Shown here piece after piece: positions 30,233-39,826 of a DNA stretch of 64,000 nt; position 1 is the stretch's first letter, and each line of letters starts with the position of its first letter. Location: positions 20,937 to 84,936 of the forward strand of contig JBCCXZ010000008.1 in NCBI GenBank assembly GCA_039190745.1, read 5' to 3'. The translations under genes and the position numbers were made by a program. Origin of the DNA: Planctomycetota bacterium. GTDB lineage: Bacteria > Planctomycetota > Planctomycetia > Pirellulales > Lacipirellulaceae. The notes beneath the pieces were generated by a model. That model ran no database searches. It was not told the DNA's origin and saw nothing but the letters and a program-made list of their open reading frames with translations.

Positions 30233-31330
30233 CTACCTGGGTTGAAGGCGACAACGCCGCACGGCGCGCATCGCCAATGTGGGCAACAACGCCGAGCACA
30301 TCGCGAGCCCCGACGGCTCGGGGACCAATGCGACCGAAACCGCAGCGCCGTCCTCCACGACGCGGGCCCGCCAGTCGGTGAGCACCGAACCTCCCCACGC
30401 CGCCTGCGCTTCGTCGCGCTGCCAACGGAGCAGGTCGCCCAGGTCGGCGTCGCCGTCGCCGTCGACGTCGCCCGCGTGGTTCGGCAGCCGCGCGATCGGC
30501 AGCTCGCCAAAAAACTCGGCGATGTACCGCAGGTGCGCCAGATGAGCGTCGCCGTCTTCGCCGGTCGCCCCCCACAACCGGAACTTGCCGCTCTCCGCGG
30601 AGCGGTAAAACTGCAGCGTCCCGAGCCCGGCCTTCCGGTACGGCCCCGCCAGCACGCCGAGGTGGTCGAGCAGCTCGTCGCCCGTCTCTAGCGTGCTCTC
30701 ATAGGTGAACGTCGGCACCTGCGAGTGCGAGAACAAAAACGTCTTCTCGCCCGCCGCGGCCAGGTCGGCGAACGCCTTGTAGTCGACCATCTGCGAATCG
30801 AGCGGCGTGCCGTCGCCGGCCGTCGTCGCGTACAGCGAGTCGGCGGCCAGCACCGCGTCGATCTGCTCGACATAAGCCGGCGTCTTCAAGACCTGCCGCA
30901 CCGCCCCGTAGCCCGCGCTGAACGACGAGACCGCCACCGCGTCCCACTCCAAGTCGCTCGGCAGGTCGCGCTGCCCCCGGGCGGTCGCCAGCGCATCGTT
31001 GATCAACGTTTGAAAGAGGCCCGCATCGGAAAACGGCCCCGTGTAAGCGCTCGAAAGCCCCGGGTAGTTGACGGTCACGATCAATGCGTTGAGATCCGCC
31101 GCCAACGCATTGTTCCAGACCGTCTGAGGATCGCCGTGAAAGTGGACGAGAAGGTCCGCCACCCGCCCGGGCCGCTGCTCATAGGTGCTGGGGACAAACA
31201 GCTTCCAAGCGGGGTCGCTCAGCGCCAGCTGCCGCCCCGTCGCCGCCGGCAACTGCGCCACGGCCGCATGAGGGCCTAACAACACGCCGCTGAGGACGAT
31301 CAGAACGAGGAGTCTCGGAAAGGAACCCAT
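30233..31330 (-). CDS. Secreted alpha/beta-hydrolase-like protein with dockerin-like repeat and PEP-CTERM anchor
   Basis: Signal peptide; LLVHFHG, SSFSAGYG nucleophile-elbow-like motif; GDVDGDGDADLGDLLRWQR; VPEPSG + hydrophobic stretch + RR. Confidence 0.75.
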   Translation of the reverse strand: MGSFPRLLVLIVLSGVLLGPHAAVAQLPAATGRQLALSDPAWKLFVPSTYEQRPGRVADLLVHFHGDPQTVWNNALAADLNALIVTVNYPGLSSAYTGPFSDAGLFQTLINDALATARGQRDLPSDLEWDAVAVSSFSAGYGAVRQVLKTPAYVEQIDAVLAADSLYATTAGDGTPLDSQMVDYKAFADLAAAGEKTFLFSHSQVPTFTYESTLETGDELLDHLGVLAGPYRKAGLGTLQFYRSAESGKFRLWGATGEDGDAHLAHLRYIAEFFGELPIARLPNHAGDVDGDGDADLGDLLRWQRDEAQAAWGGSVLTDWRARVVEDGAAVSVALVPEPSGLAMCSALLPTLAMRAVRRCRLQPR

Positions 31331-31367
31331 CCCTACACCATAACGGATCGGGATGAGCGGGGCACGC

Positions 31368-32372
31368 TCAGGCGTCGGCGACGGCCGCGATGCCGTCGTG
31401 CGAGCCGGTTTCCAGCTCAGCCAAGGCCCGCTTGCGGTACACCAGCCCGTGGTCCACCTCGGTAAACCCAAGCCGCTTGTAGAACGCCTGGGCCGCTTCG
31501 TTGGTCGACATCGTCTGGGCCTCGACCGTGATCACCCCGCGACGCCGGAGCGCCTTGAACGCTTCGCTCAGCAGGTAAGAGCCGTAGCCCTGCCGGCGGA
31601 ACTCGGGCCGAACCTCGATTTCGTGCAACCCGGCTGTACAGATGCCCCAAGAAGAGGAAAGAGGCTGGACGTCCCACAGGCCCGCGTTCGCCACCGGTTC
31701 GCCGGTCCGACGCTGGACCATCTCAAACCGGTCCTGCTGCAGCCCGCCCCACACACACGCCTCCCACCAGTTGCCCGCCGGAGGGTCGAGCTTCTCCACG
31801 ACGTTGGTCGAGCGTTTCAACAGCCGCGCGCCGCGAGAAACCGGAGCCTTGAACCGCGCTAGGTCGCACTGCAGGATGCACACGCGGGCCGACTCGTCGT
31901 AGCCGCTCCGTTGGCACGCCCCGTGGAGTGTCTCGTTCGACTGGAGCACGCCGGGGATCTCGCTCCCGCCGTACAGCCCGAGGTAGAACGAATTGAGCGG
32001 CCGGATGCCGCCGGCGTACAGCACTGTTGCTCCGCGGCTTCGCAGGTAGGCCTCGCTGGCGTGGAGCAACTCGTCGGCTAACCCGCCCCCTTCTGCAGGG
32101 TCGACCATCAGCATGTAGGTCGTCCCCAACGAGCAGTCGATCGCGCTGCCGTCCTCGTTCGGCCCAAAGCCCGCGTGCGCAAAGCCCACCGGCTTGCCGT
32201 CTTTCGTGGCGACGATCAATCCGTTGCGGTCGAAGTGCGCCTTCGAGAAGACGGCGTACTCCAGAAGCGGGGGCGTCACCGGCTGCAGCAGCCCGCGCTG
32301 GGGCGGCTGGCTCCGCCAGATCGCCGCGAGGTGCGGCGGGTCTGAATTCAGGAAAGGCCGGAGACGGTACAC
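31368..32372 (-). CDS. Tandem GNAT acetyltransferase
   Basis: Two GNAT-like halves; VRPEFRRQGYG, NEAAQAFYKRLGF. Confidence 0.85.
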   Translation of the reverse strand: MYRLRPFLNSDPPHLAAIWRSQPPQRGLLQPVTPPLLEYAVFSKAHFDRNGLIVATKDGKPVGFAHAGFGPNEDGSAIDCSLGTTYMLMVDPAEGGGLADELLHASEAYLRSRGATVLYAGGIRPLNSFYLGLYGGSEIPGVLQSNETLHGACQRSGYDESARVCILQCDLARFKAPVSRGARLLKRSTNVVEKLDPPAGNWWEACVWGGLQQDRFEMVQRRTGEPVANAGLWDVQPLSSSWGICTAGLHEIEVRPEFRRQGYGSYLLSEAFKALRRRGVITVEAQTMSTNEAAQAFYKRLGFTEVDHGLVYRKRALAELETGSHDGIAAVADA

Positions 32373-32400
32373 GCGTTGTCGATGCTCCTGCCGGTTTACG

Positions 32401-32748
32401 TTACGCCTGCGACCCGCCGTCCGAATCGCTCTCAACGCCCAAGGCCCGCTCTCCAACAAGTATTCTATCGGTCTCGATCCGCACCGGAAAACAGGCCTGA
32501 CGCACACTCGGGCTCACGGTGTACGCACCGTCGGGCAGCCTGTACTGCCAACCGTGCCAAGGACAGGTCACCACCCCGCTGTCGACCTTGCCCTCGGCAA
32601 GGGGCCCGCCCTGGTGGCTGCACACGCCGTCTAACCCGTAGAACTTTCCCTCCGCGTGGTAAACCGCAACTAGCCGGCCAGACACAACAGCCTCCATCGC
32701 CGAACCTTCCGGCAGGTCTGCAGCAGGGCCGATGTCGATCCAGGCCAT
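32401..32748 (-). CDS. Rieske [2Fe-2S] ferredoxin
   Basis: CSHQGGPL and CPWHGWQY. Confidence 0.92.
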   Translation of the reverse strand: MAWIDIGPAADLPEGSAMEAVVSGRLVAVYHAEGKFYGLDGVCSHQGGPLAEGKVDSGVVTCPWHGWQYRLPDGAYTVSPSVRQACFPVRIETDRILVGERALGVESDSDGGSQA

Positions 32749-32865
32749 CGGGCAGCAAGGCGGGGGTCTGGGCGGGCGGGGAGACGCCGGGCCACCGCCC
32801 TACGTCAAAGAGCGATTATCCTCACCGCGTCGCCCGTGGCAAGCTTCTCGCCAAAGCGACCGTGG

Positions 32866-33843
32866 TTACGCCGCCCGAGCCTTTTTCCTCAGCCGCCTCA
32901 GCGTCCGCCGGTCGAGTTGGTCGTCCCGCCAACGCCGGTGCAGCCACCAGTATTGGTCGGGAGACTCCCGGATCTGCTGCTCCAGTTCCGTCGTATACCA
33001 CTGGGCAACCTCAGAAACAGTCCGCAGCTCGAAGTCTTCCGCCAACGGGTCTACGATCGAGGTAATCCGCCCCTCAATCTCCAAGGGCCCCCCGGTCCGC
33101 ACCATCCCGCAAAAGCACGTCGGCGCGTCCGAACCCAGCGTAAAGATCGAGACCGCCTTGTGCGTCGAAGCCGGCCGGCCAAAGAAATCGACCCAGCACC
33201 CCGTCGGCCCCGCGTTCTGATCGCCCAACAGCACCAGCGTCCCGCCCCGACGCATCAGCTCGGTGATCTCCGGCCCGCTGCCGTCCTTCGGAAGCATGTG
33301 CTGCCCGGTCGCTCCGCGGAAGCGGTTCACGAAGTCGTGCAAGAAGCGATTGTCCAACGGCCGCGCCACCGTGTGCGTGGGGAAACCGTGGAGCCCCATC
33401 TGGTAGCCGCCCATCTCGAAGTTACCCAAGTGGCCCGAGATGATCACCACCGGCCGCTCGTCCAGCAGCATCCTCGTCAGCTCCGCCATCCGCGGCATCG
33501 AGCCGTGCTCCCGCCAGTTCGTGCGGCGGATCTTCCGCGGGGTCTGGGCGATCTCCGCCAGCATCAGCAGCAGGTGCTCCCACATCCCACGCACGATCGC
33601 CTTACGTTCTGCGGCGCTAGATTCAGGAAACGCCGTCCGCAGGTTTTCGTCCACCACCTTGCCGCGTACCCGCAACACGTCGCCCAGCAACCACGCCAGC
33701 CACTTCGCGATCTCGTGACAAAACCCCAACGGCAACGCCTGAATGACGCATACGAACAGCCGCACGGCTACGTACACTGCGTAGTCGAGAGCCAGCTGCA
33801 AGCCGCCGCGTGGTTTGCCGTCCGCCAAACAAATGCCTCGCAT
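32866..33843 (-). CDS. Lipid A late acyltransferase family (LpxL/HtrB-like)
   Basis: SGHLGNFE, LLGDQ, VDFFGRPA, PDQYWWLHRRW. Confidence 0.9.
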   Translation of the reverse strand: MRGICLADGKPRGGLQLALDYAVYVAVRLFVCVIQALPLGFCHEIAKWLAWLLGDVLRVRGKVVDENLRTAFPESSAAERKAIVRGMWEHLLLMLAEIAQTPRKIRRTNWREHGSMPRMAELTRMLLDERPVVIISGHLGNFEMGGYQMGLHGFPTHTVARPLDNRFLHDFVNRFRGATGQHMLPKDGSGPEITELMRRGGTLVLLGDQNAGPTGCWVDFFGRPASTHKAVSIFTLGSDAPTCFCGMVRTGGPLEIEGRITSIVDPLAEDFELRTVSEVAQWYTTELEQQIRESPDQYWWLHRRWRDDQLDRRTLRRLRKKARAA

Positions 33844-33987
33844 CAGTGAGCGCCGAATCGGCCGCGCTTCCAGCCCAGCTTCCAATAGGGGCCAGAACGT
33901 CACTAGAATGAGGGCCCACAGGAAGTGGACCCGCCGGCCAGGGGCCGCGGATTGTGCCCCAGAACCGCCCCGCGGGTGAAGACCGAT

Positions 33988-34494
33988 TTGAACCCCGCCC
34001 CCGCTTACCGGCCCCGGCTGCACGTGGTGCTCTACCAGCCGGAAATCCCCTACAACACCGGCAGCGTCGGCCGCACCTGCGTCGCGGTGGAAGCCAAGCT
34101 CTGGCTGGTCAAACCCTTGGGGTTCCGGGTCGACGACTACCACCTCCGGCGGGCCGGCCTCGACTACTGGCAGCACCTCGACTGGGAGGTCTGCGACCAT
34201 TGGCAGCAGCTCACCGAGCGCCTGGCGGGCTCACGGCTCTTCCTCTTCTCCAAGAAAGCCCGCCGCAACTACTCCGAGGTCGAATACCAGCCCGGAGACG
34301 CCCTCGTCTTCGGCAGCGAGTCGGCCGGCCTCCCGGAGACGCTGCTCGACCCAACCGCGGCCGAAGCGCTCCGCATCCCCACCTCGGGCCACGTCCGCAG
34401 CCTCAACCTCTCCAACACCGTCGCCGTCGCGGCTTACGAGGCCGTTCGCCAGTGGGACCCCGGCTGGGGCCCTTCGCCGGCCGGAGCGCCTTGA
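33988..34494 (+). CDS. trmL: tRNA (cytidine/uridine-34 2'-O)-methyltransferase
   Basis: PEIPYNTG, LRRAGLDYW, FGSESAGLP, VRSLNLSN. Confidence 0.92.
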   Translation: MNPAPAYRPRLHVVLYQPEIPYNTGSVGRTCVAVEAKLWLVKPLGFRVDDYHLRRAGLDYWQHLDWEVCDHWQQLTERLAGSRLFLFSKKARRNYSEVEYQPGDALVFGSESAGLPETLLDPTAAEALRIPTSGHVRSLNLSNTVAVAAYEAVRQWDPGWGPSPAGAP

Positions 34495-34750
34495 GCGAAT
34501 CCCCGCGATCTGTCATCAAAATGAACTCGGCCGCTGCCCCTCCGCCGGCAGGACCCGCAAACAACCGGCCGGCGTGAACCCGCTCCGCACAATCGCCGAT
34601 CTGCCTCCGAGGGGTACACTTCTGCCATCCCTAGCGCGGCTGCCCACCCAAACGACTCGGCCCAACCAACGAGTCGGCGGAAAACGGGCGAGAATTGACG
34701 GACGAACGCAGAAACGTAAACATGGGGCATCTTTCCCCAGGGCTTTGCAA

Positions 34751-35629
34751 ATGACGCTGGTTAGCGGATTCGAGAAGATCGTCCGAACCGAGGAGCCGCT
34801 CGCTGAGCGGACTTGGCTCAAGGTCGGCGGCCCGGCTCGATTCTACGCCGAACCCAAGTCAGCGCAAGAACTTGCCGCGCTCATCCGCCGCTGCCGAGAG
34901 GAGGATGTCTCCGTCCGCGTGCTCGGCGGGGGATCCAACGTCCTGGTCCGCGACGAGGGCGTCGAGGGCATGGTCATCAGCTTCGCCCACCCGTTCTTCT
35001 CCGAGATCCAGCTCCGCGGAAACTCCATCACGGTCGGAGGCGGCGCCCGACTCGCACACGCCATCAGCGAATCGGTCCGCGCCGGCCTCGCCGGGCTCGA
35101 GCCGCTCGTCGGCATCCCGGGCACCGTCGGCGGAGCCCTGCACGGCAACTCCGGCAGCCACGGCGGAGACATCGGCCAGTGGGCCTCAGCCGCCACCGTC
35201 GTCACCCGCAACGGCGAAATCGCCAAGCGCGAACGCGAAGACCTCGTCTTCGCCTACCGCCAGAGCAGCCTCGACGAACTCGCCATCCTCAGCGCCGAGT
35301 TCCAGCTGGAAGAAGACGACCCCGAGAAGCTCACCAAACGCATGCAGAAGCAGTGGATCGTCCGCAAGGCCGGCCAGCCGCTCTCCCACCAAAATGTCTG
35401 CAACGTCTTCAAGAGCCCCCGCGGCATGAGTGCGGGCATGCTGATCGACAACGCCGGCCTCAAGGGCACGCGCGTCGGCGGCGCCGAGGTCAGCCAGAGG
35501 CACGCAAACTTCATCGTCGCCGACGATACCGCCACCAGCAACGACGTGCTCCGCTTGATCGACTTGGTAAGAAGCCGGGTCGCCGAACGACTCGGAGTCG
35601 AACTCGAAACTCAGTTGGAAATCTGGTAG
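34751..35629 (+). CDS. murB: UDP-N-acetylenolpyruvoylglucosamine reductase
   Basis: VGGPA, LGGGSNVL, GIPGTVGGAL, FAYRQS, HANFIV. Confidence 0.9.
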   Translation: MTLVSGFEKIVRTEEPLAERTWLKVGGPARFYAEPKSAQELAALIRRCREEDVSVRVLGGGSNVLVRDEGVEGMVISFAHPFFSEIQLRGNSITVGGGARLAHAISESVRAGLAGLEPLVGIPGTVGGALHGNSGSHGGDIGQWASAATVVTRNGEIAKREREDLVFAYRQSSLDELAILSAEFQLEEDDPEKLTKRMQKQWIVRKAGQPLSHQNVCNVFKSPRGMSAGMLIDNAGLKGTRVGGAEVSQRHANFIVADDTATSNDVLRLIDLVRSRVAERLGVELETQLEIW

Positions 35630-35673
35630 CCTCCGCCCGCCCATACCATCAAGCAGCACATGGAGGTGTTGCC

Positions 35674-36618
35674 GTGGCGAAAAAGAAACCTGCCGAAGGC
35701 GCGGAACCAACCGGCGTTCTTGCCCTCCTCAACGCCGTCGCCCAGCGCTGGCGGACCCTCGCGGTTCTGCTGCTGGTCGTCGCCGCTGCGCCGCTCTCAG
35801 AACGAGCTTGGCGCTCCTTCGAGCCCCGTATCGCCAGCCAGCCGCAGTACCTCGTGCGGCCCGAAAACGTCAGCATGACGCCCAACCCCGAGTGGGTCAC
35901 CGCCGACGTGCTCGGCGACGTCCTCCGCTCGTCGGGCCTCACCCAACAGCTCTCCGTCCTCGACCGCAGAGCGCCCGACCTGGTGCAAGACGCCTTCGGC
36001 GTCCACCCGTGGGTCGCCTCGGTCGACCGTGTCGAGAAACGCTACCCCCCAGCCCTCCACGTCGAGGTCACCTACCGCAAGCCCGTCGCCGCCATCGAGA
36101 TGCCCGGCCAAGGCGGCAGCGAGCTGCTGCCGATCGACCGCCTCGGCACGCTCCTGCCCGCCGCCGACGTGCCCGAAATCCGCCGCCGCTACCTGCCCCG
36201 CATCCGAGGGATCGTCGGCCGCCCCCCGGTCGGCCAGGTCTGGACCGACCCCCGCGTCACCGGAGCCGCCAAACTCGCCCACCGACTCGCCGCCAAGTGG
36301 GAAGAGCTCCACCTCGTCGACATCCTCCCCTCGGCCCGCCCAGAGATCCGCGCCGGGCAGCGTTACTACGTCTACGATCTCATCACCCGCGGCGGCACCC
36401 GCATCGTCTGGGGAGCCGCCCCCGACGCTGGCCCCCAACGCGAAGACCCCTTCGAGAACAAACTCAATCGGCTCCTCGCCTACGTCCGCCAGAACGGCCC
36501 GCTCGACTCGGTCCTCGGCCCGCAGTCCATCGAGGTCCGCAGCACGCTGCTCGTCACCGCCCGCACGGCCAAGCTCCCCGCCGACCCCGAAGACGAAGAA
36601 GCCACCAAGAAGCGCTAA
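35674..36618 (+). CDS. FtsQ/DivIB-like POTRA-domain membrane protein
   Basis: N-terminal TM; HPWVASVDRVEKRYPPALHVEVTYRKPVA (FtsQ POTRA end); directly after murB. Confidence 0.7.
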   Translation: MAKKKPAEGAEPTGVLALLNAVAQRWRTLAVLLLVVAAAPLSERAWRSFEPRIASQPQYLVRPENVSMTPNPEWVTADVLGDVLRSSGLTQQLSVLDRRAPDLVQDAFGVHPWVASVDRVEKRYPPALHVEVTYRKPVAAIEMPGQGGSELLPIDRLGTLLPAADVPEIRRRYLPRIRGIVGRPPVGQVWTDPRVTGAAKLAHRLAAKWEELHLVDILPSARPEIRAGQRYYVYDLITRGGTRIVWGAAPDAGPQREDPFENKLNRLLAYVRQNGPLDSVLGPQSIEVRSTLLVTARTAKLPADPEDEEATKKR

Positions 36619-36672
36619 CCACGCTCTTTTCTTCTCGCGGCGCACACGCAGAGTCTCGTCTCACACCGTGCG

Positions 36673-36700
36673 CAATAGCCGCGACGCTACGCGTCGCTGG
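36673..36700 (+). repeat. Core hairpin fragment (copy E) of the dispersed element
   Basis: CAATAGCCGCGACGCTACGCGTCGCTGG; hairpin identical to copy A. Confidence 0.7.
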
Positions 36701-36848
36701 GGCCCCGCCAGACCGCCCAGAAAAAAATCTGCGTGCTCCGTAAGGAACTCCCCCGCCCCCCGTCACCCTTTACAACAAGCGAGGAACATCAGCCTCGCAA
36801 ACCACCCATCCCACCTAGGGCCCTTCGGCCCGCCCAAGGAGGCAAGTC

Positions 36849-37436
36849 ATGTCGTCCTTCACGATCCACACCGTAGAAACCGCCCCAGAAAACGCCCGCC
36901 CGGCTCTCGAGCGTGCAGCGAAGGCCTACGGCGCCGTCCCAAACCTGATCGGCATCCTCGCCGAGGCCCCCGTAGCCGTCGAGGCGTACCAAGCACTCGG
37001 CAATCTCGTGAAGCTGAGTAGCTTTACCCCGACCGAAAGGACAGTCGTCTGGCAGACGCTCAACGCCTACCACAACTGCGAGTACTGCATGGCCGCCCAC
37101 ACTACGATCGCCCACACAGAGAAGATCGACCAGGCGGTGATCGAAACCGCTCGCAACGTCGGGTCGTACGACGACCCGCGCCTCGAAGCGCTCCGCGTTT
37201 TCACGCTGACGCTCGCAGACAAACGCGGTTGGGCTGAAGACCACGAGGTCGATGCCTTCCTCGCCGCCGGGTTCACCCGCCAGAACATCCTCGAGGTCAT
37301 CACCACCATCGCGCAGAAGGTGATGAGCAACTACACCAACCACTTGGCCAAGACGCCGGTCGATGACGGTTTCGCCAAGCACGAATGGAAACACCCGAAT
37401 CCTCGGCAAGAGGCTGCAGAAGCCGTCGCCGGCTAG
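36849..37436 (+). CDS. Carboxymuconolactone decarboxylase / AhpD-like protein
   Basis: GAVPNL, HNCEYCMAAH, SNYTNHLAKTPVD; AGGAGG RBS. Confidence 0.9.
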   Translation: MSSFTIHTVETAPENARPALERAAKAYGAVPNLIGILAEAPVAVEAYQALGNLVKLSSFTPTERTVVWQTLNAYHNCEYCMAAHTTIAHTEKIDQAVIETARNVGSYDDPRLEALRVFTLTLADKRGWAEDHEVDAFLAAGFTRQNILEVITTIAQKVMSNYTNHLAKTPVDDGFAKHEWKHPNPRQEAAEAVAG

Positions 37437-37667
37437 ACCATCGCGGTCCACGCCGTCGAGCTAGGCCTCGACGACGGCTTTAGAGAGGAACACGCAACCG
37501 ACCCCCAACCCGACTGGGCCTCCGCAACCCGCCCACTCGCATGTGAGGCAAACCGCGGAGGCCCGGTTTGTTATGCGCACACGAAACCACGGTAAACATC
37601 CGATCCACCACGGCAAGCCCGGCACGGCTAGTATCGAAGCAGGACAGCTTCTAAGCAGAGAGCGGGC

Positions 37668-37871
37668 TCAAGCCCCTTCGTCGACAGCCGCCTCGGCGGC
37701 CTGCTGCTCGGCTTGGCGGAGCTGCTCAGCCAACTCCTCGCGGACGACCGCCAGTTCTTTCGGCGCATCAATCCCAATACGAACGCCGCCGCCGCCGACC
37801 TTCACCACGGTCAGCGCGATGTTGTCGCCAATCAGAATCCGTTCGCCCGGCTTGCGGAATACTACCAGCAC
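37668..37871 (-). CDS. csrA: Carbon storage regulator
   Basis: MLVVFRKPGERILIGDNI...VRIGIDAPKELAVVREEL. Confidence 0.9.
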   Translation of the reverse strand: MLVVFRKPGERILIGDNIALTVVKVGGGGVRIGIDAPKELAVVREELAEQLRQAEQQAAEAAVDEGA

Positions 37872-38012
37872 GGCTTGTGCGCCTCCTGTCGCCCCACGGC
37901 GTCCATCGGCCCGTGAACTGCCAGGAAGTTACAGCCTGCCTACGCGAAATGCAAGCAGCCGGCGGCCCCGGCCCCGCATCGGCGACACGCTGAGTACCGC
38001 TCAAAACCGTTG

Positions 38013-38272
38013 TTTTCTTGCAGAAAATGGCCACCCAAGGCGAGATAATGAGCTGCTTCACCGCCATCCCCGGTAACCAAACCACCACGCTGAGAGCCCG
38101 ATAGTGTTCTCGAAAACAAAGCACGAACGGACGCAAACTCGAAATGTTAAGACCGCCCGTAGATAGCCGCGACGCTACAAATCGCTGGCTAGCTCAGCCA
38201 TCGACCCGGACAAAACAGCCGACTTTTGGCGTATCGCCGCGTGTACCCGATTCCGTGCCAAAAGACAAAACC
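38013..38272 (+). repeat. Dispersed ~255-bp non-coding element, copy B
   Basis: Shares TTTTCTTGCAGAAAATGGCC, CGAAAAC..ACGCAAAC..TTAAG.CCGCCC, TAGCCGCGAC and GACTTTTGGCGTATCGCCGCGTGTA...AAAGACAAAACC blocks with copies A and C. Confidence 0.8.
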
Positions 38273-38298
38273 GGGGCCAACCCAAAGCGCGCCCAACT

Positions 38299-39312
38299 TC
38301 ACATCAGCGAGTTCAGCGTGTCCGTATAGAACGAGAAGATCCGGAAGATCATCACAATGATCAATGCAGCGACCCCAACCCAGACCGTGTACCCCGCCAG
38401 CTGCGCGAGCATCGACATCGCGTCCGCCGCCCGCCGCTGGTACTCCCGGCTCTGGTACTTCATCGCCTCGACGAGGCTCCCCGCCTCGTCCCCCGCGGCG
38501 ATCGCGTCCAGCAGGTCGCCGGGAATGGCCCCGGTCTTCGCCAGCGACACCGGCAGTGACATCCCGCGTTGGATCCGCTCCGCCACCGCCGGACCGTGCT
38601 TCGACAAGAACTCGTTCCCGCTCGCGTCCAGCGCCAGCGGCAACGCCACCCGCAAGTCCATCGGCGTATCCAACACCAGCTGCAACGCCCACGCAAACCT
38701 AGCTAACGCCAGCGTCCGGATCGCGTCGCCCACCACCGGCGCCCGCGTCGCGAGCCGCTGCAGAGGACGGACCCACACAGCCCGCCGACGCACAGACTCC
38801 AACACCACGAACACCCCAATCGCCAGAGCGATCACGAGGTTCAGATAAATCACCAACCCACGAGTACCCGTGAGCCCGAACCCGAGGATATCCACTTCCA
38901 GGAAGCCCATGATGTAGATCAACAGACCGATCACAAACGCGGCGACGCCCAGCTGCATCATCGGCCATGCGATCCGCGAAAGGAAATCCCGCTTCGCGGC
39001 GCGGGTGCGGTCGTAGTGCTCCGCCAACCGCCGGTAGGTCACGTCCAGCCGGCCTGTAGCCTCGCCCATTTCCACCATCCGCCGGAACAACGGCGGGAAG
39101 AACTCGCCCGTACGCGGCAGCGCGTCGCCGATCCCAGAGCCCGCCGCCACGTCGTCGGCGATCGAACCCACGGCACGCTGCATCGCTCCGCTCGACCGCC
39201 TGGCCTCGTCCGACCAGGTCTTGCGGTCCTCGATGCCGGCCTTGCTCGACAACGCCAACCGGTGGCAGAGCTGCGACAGCGGATACAAACGAGCACGAGG
39301 GCTTAACAACAT
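38299..39312 (-). CDS. Type II secretion system F / PilC family platform protein
   Basis: Two T2SSF repeats: FPPLFRRMVEMGEATGRLD and DAIAAGDEAGSL; three TM segments. Confidence 0.9.
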   Translation of the reverse strand: MLLSPRARLYPLSQLCHRLALSSKAGIEDRKTWSDEARRSSGAMQRAVGSIADDVAAGSGIGDALPRTGEFFPPLFRRMVEMGEATGRLDVTYRRLAEHYDRTRAAKRDFLSRIAWPMMQLGVAAFVIGLLIYIMGFLEVDILGFGLTGTRGLVIYLNLVIALAIGVFVVLESVRRRAVWVRPLQRLATRAPVVGDAIRTLALARFAWALQLVLDTPMDLRVALPLALDASGNEFLSKHGPAVAERIQRGMSLPVSLAKTGAIPGDLLDAIAAGDEAGSLVEAMKYQSREYQRRAADAMSMLAQLAGYTVWVGVAALIIVMIFRIFSFYTDTLNSLM

Positions 39313-39385
39313 GCCACACCCAACAGAACAAAGACGGGAACCCAGATCGCCTCGGTCGGCCAGACGGCTGTTCGCGACCGAACGG

Positions 39386-39826
39386 CTACTCGCCGATGTC
39401 CTCGTCCCACAACTCGGGCCGGGCAGCGGCGAACTCCCGCATCAATCGTTTGCATTCTTCGTCGTCCACAACCGTAAGGTCAACTCCGCGGGAACGCACA
39501 TAGTCCTCCGGCCCCCGGAAAATGCTGTTCTCCCCGGCGATTACTTTGGGGATGCCGTACAGCAGCACCGCCCCGCTGCACATGTCGCAAGGCGACAGCG
39601 TCGAGTAGAGCGTCGCCCGCCGGTAGTCCGCCGCCCGCAGCCGGCCGGCACGCTCCAGGCAATCCATCTCGGCGTGCAGCACCACGCTGCCCTGCTGCAC
39701 CCGGCGGTTGTGACCCCGGCCGACAATCTCACCGTCGATCACCAACACCGAACCGATCGGGATCCCGCCTTCTTCCAGCCCCAGCCGGGCCTCCTCGATC
39801 GCCGCCTGCAAGAACGGGTCGCTCAC
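39386..39826 (-). CDS. Cytosine/nucleoside deaminase (CDA fold)
   Basis: GGIPIGSVL, HAEMDCL, LSPCDMC; GTG start overlaps the ade stop. Confidence 0.9.
   Translation of the reverse strand: MSDPFLQAAIEEARLGLEEGGIPIGSVLVIDGEIVGRGHNRRVQQGSVVLHAEMDCLERAGRLRAADYRRATLYSTLSPCDMCSGAVLLYGIPKVIAGENSIFRGPEDYVRSRGVDLTVVDDEECKRLMREFAAARPELWDEDIGE

Noticed and set aside
34813..35673. 601-aa ORF start upstream of the FtsQ-like gene
   Set aside because: The first ~290 codons overlap murB in another frame; the real start is more likely GTG 35674 after GGAGG.
38144..38329. Small peptides encoded by the dispersed element (also 49388-49597)
   Set aside because: Reading frames and stops are not conserved between copies.
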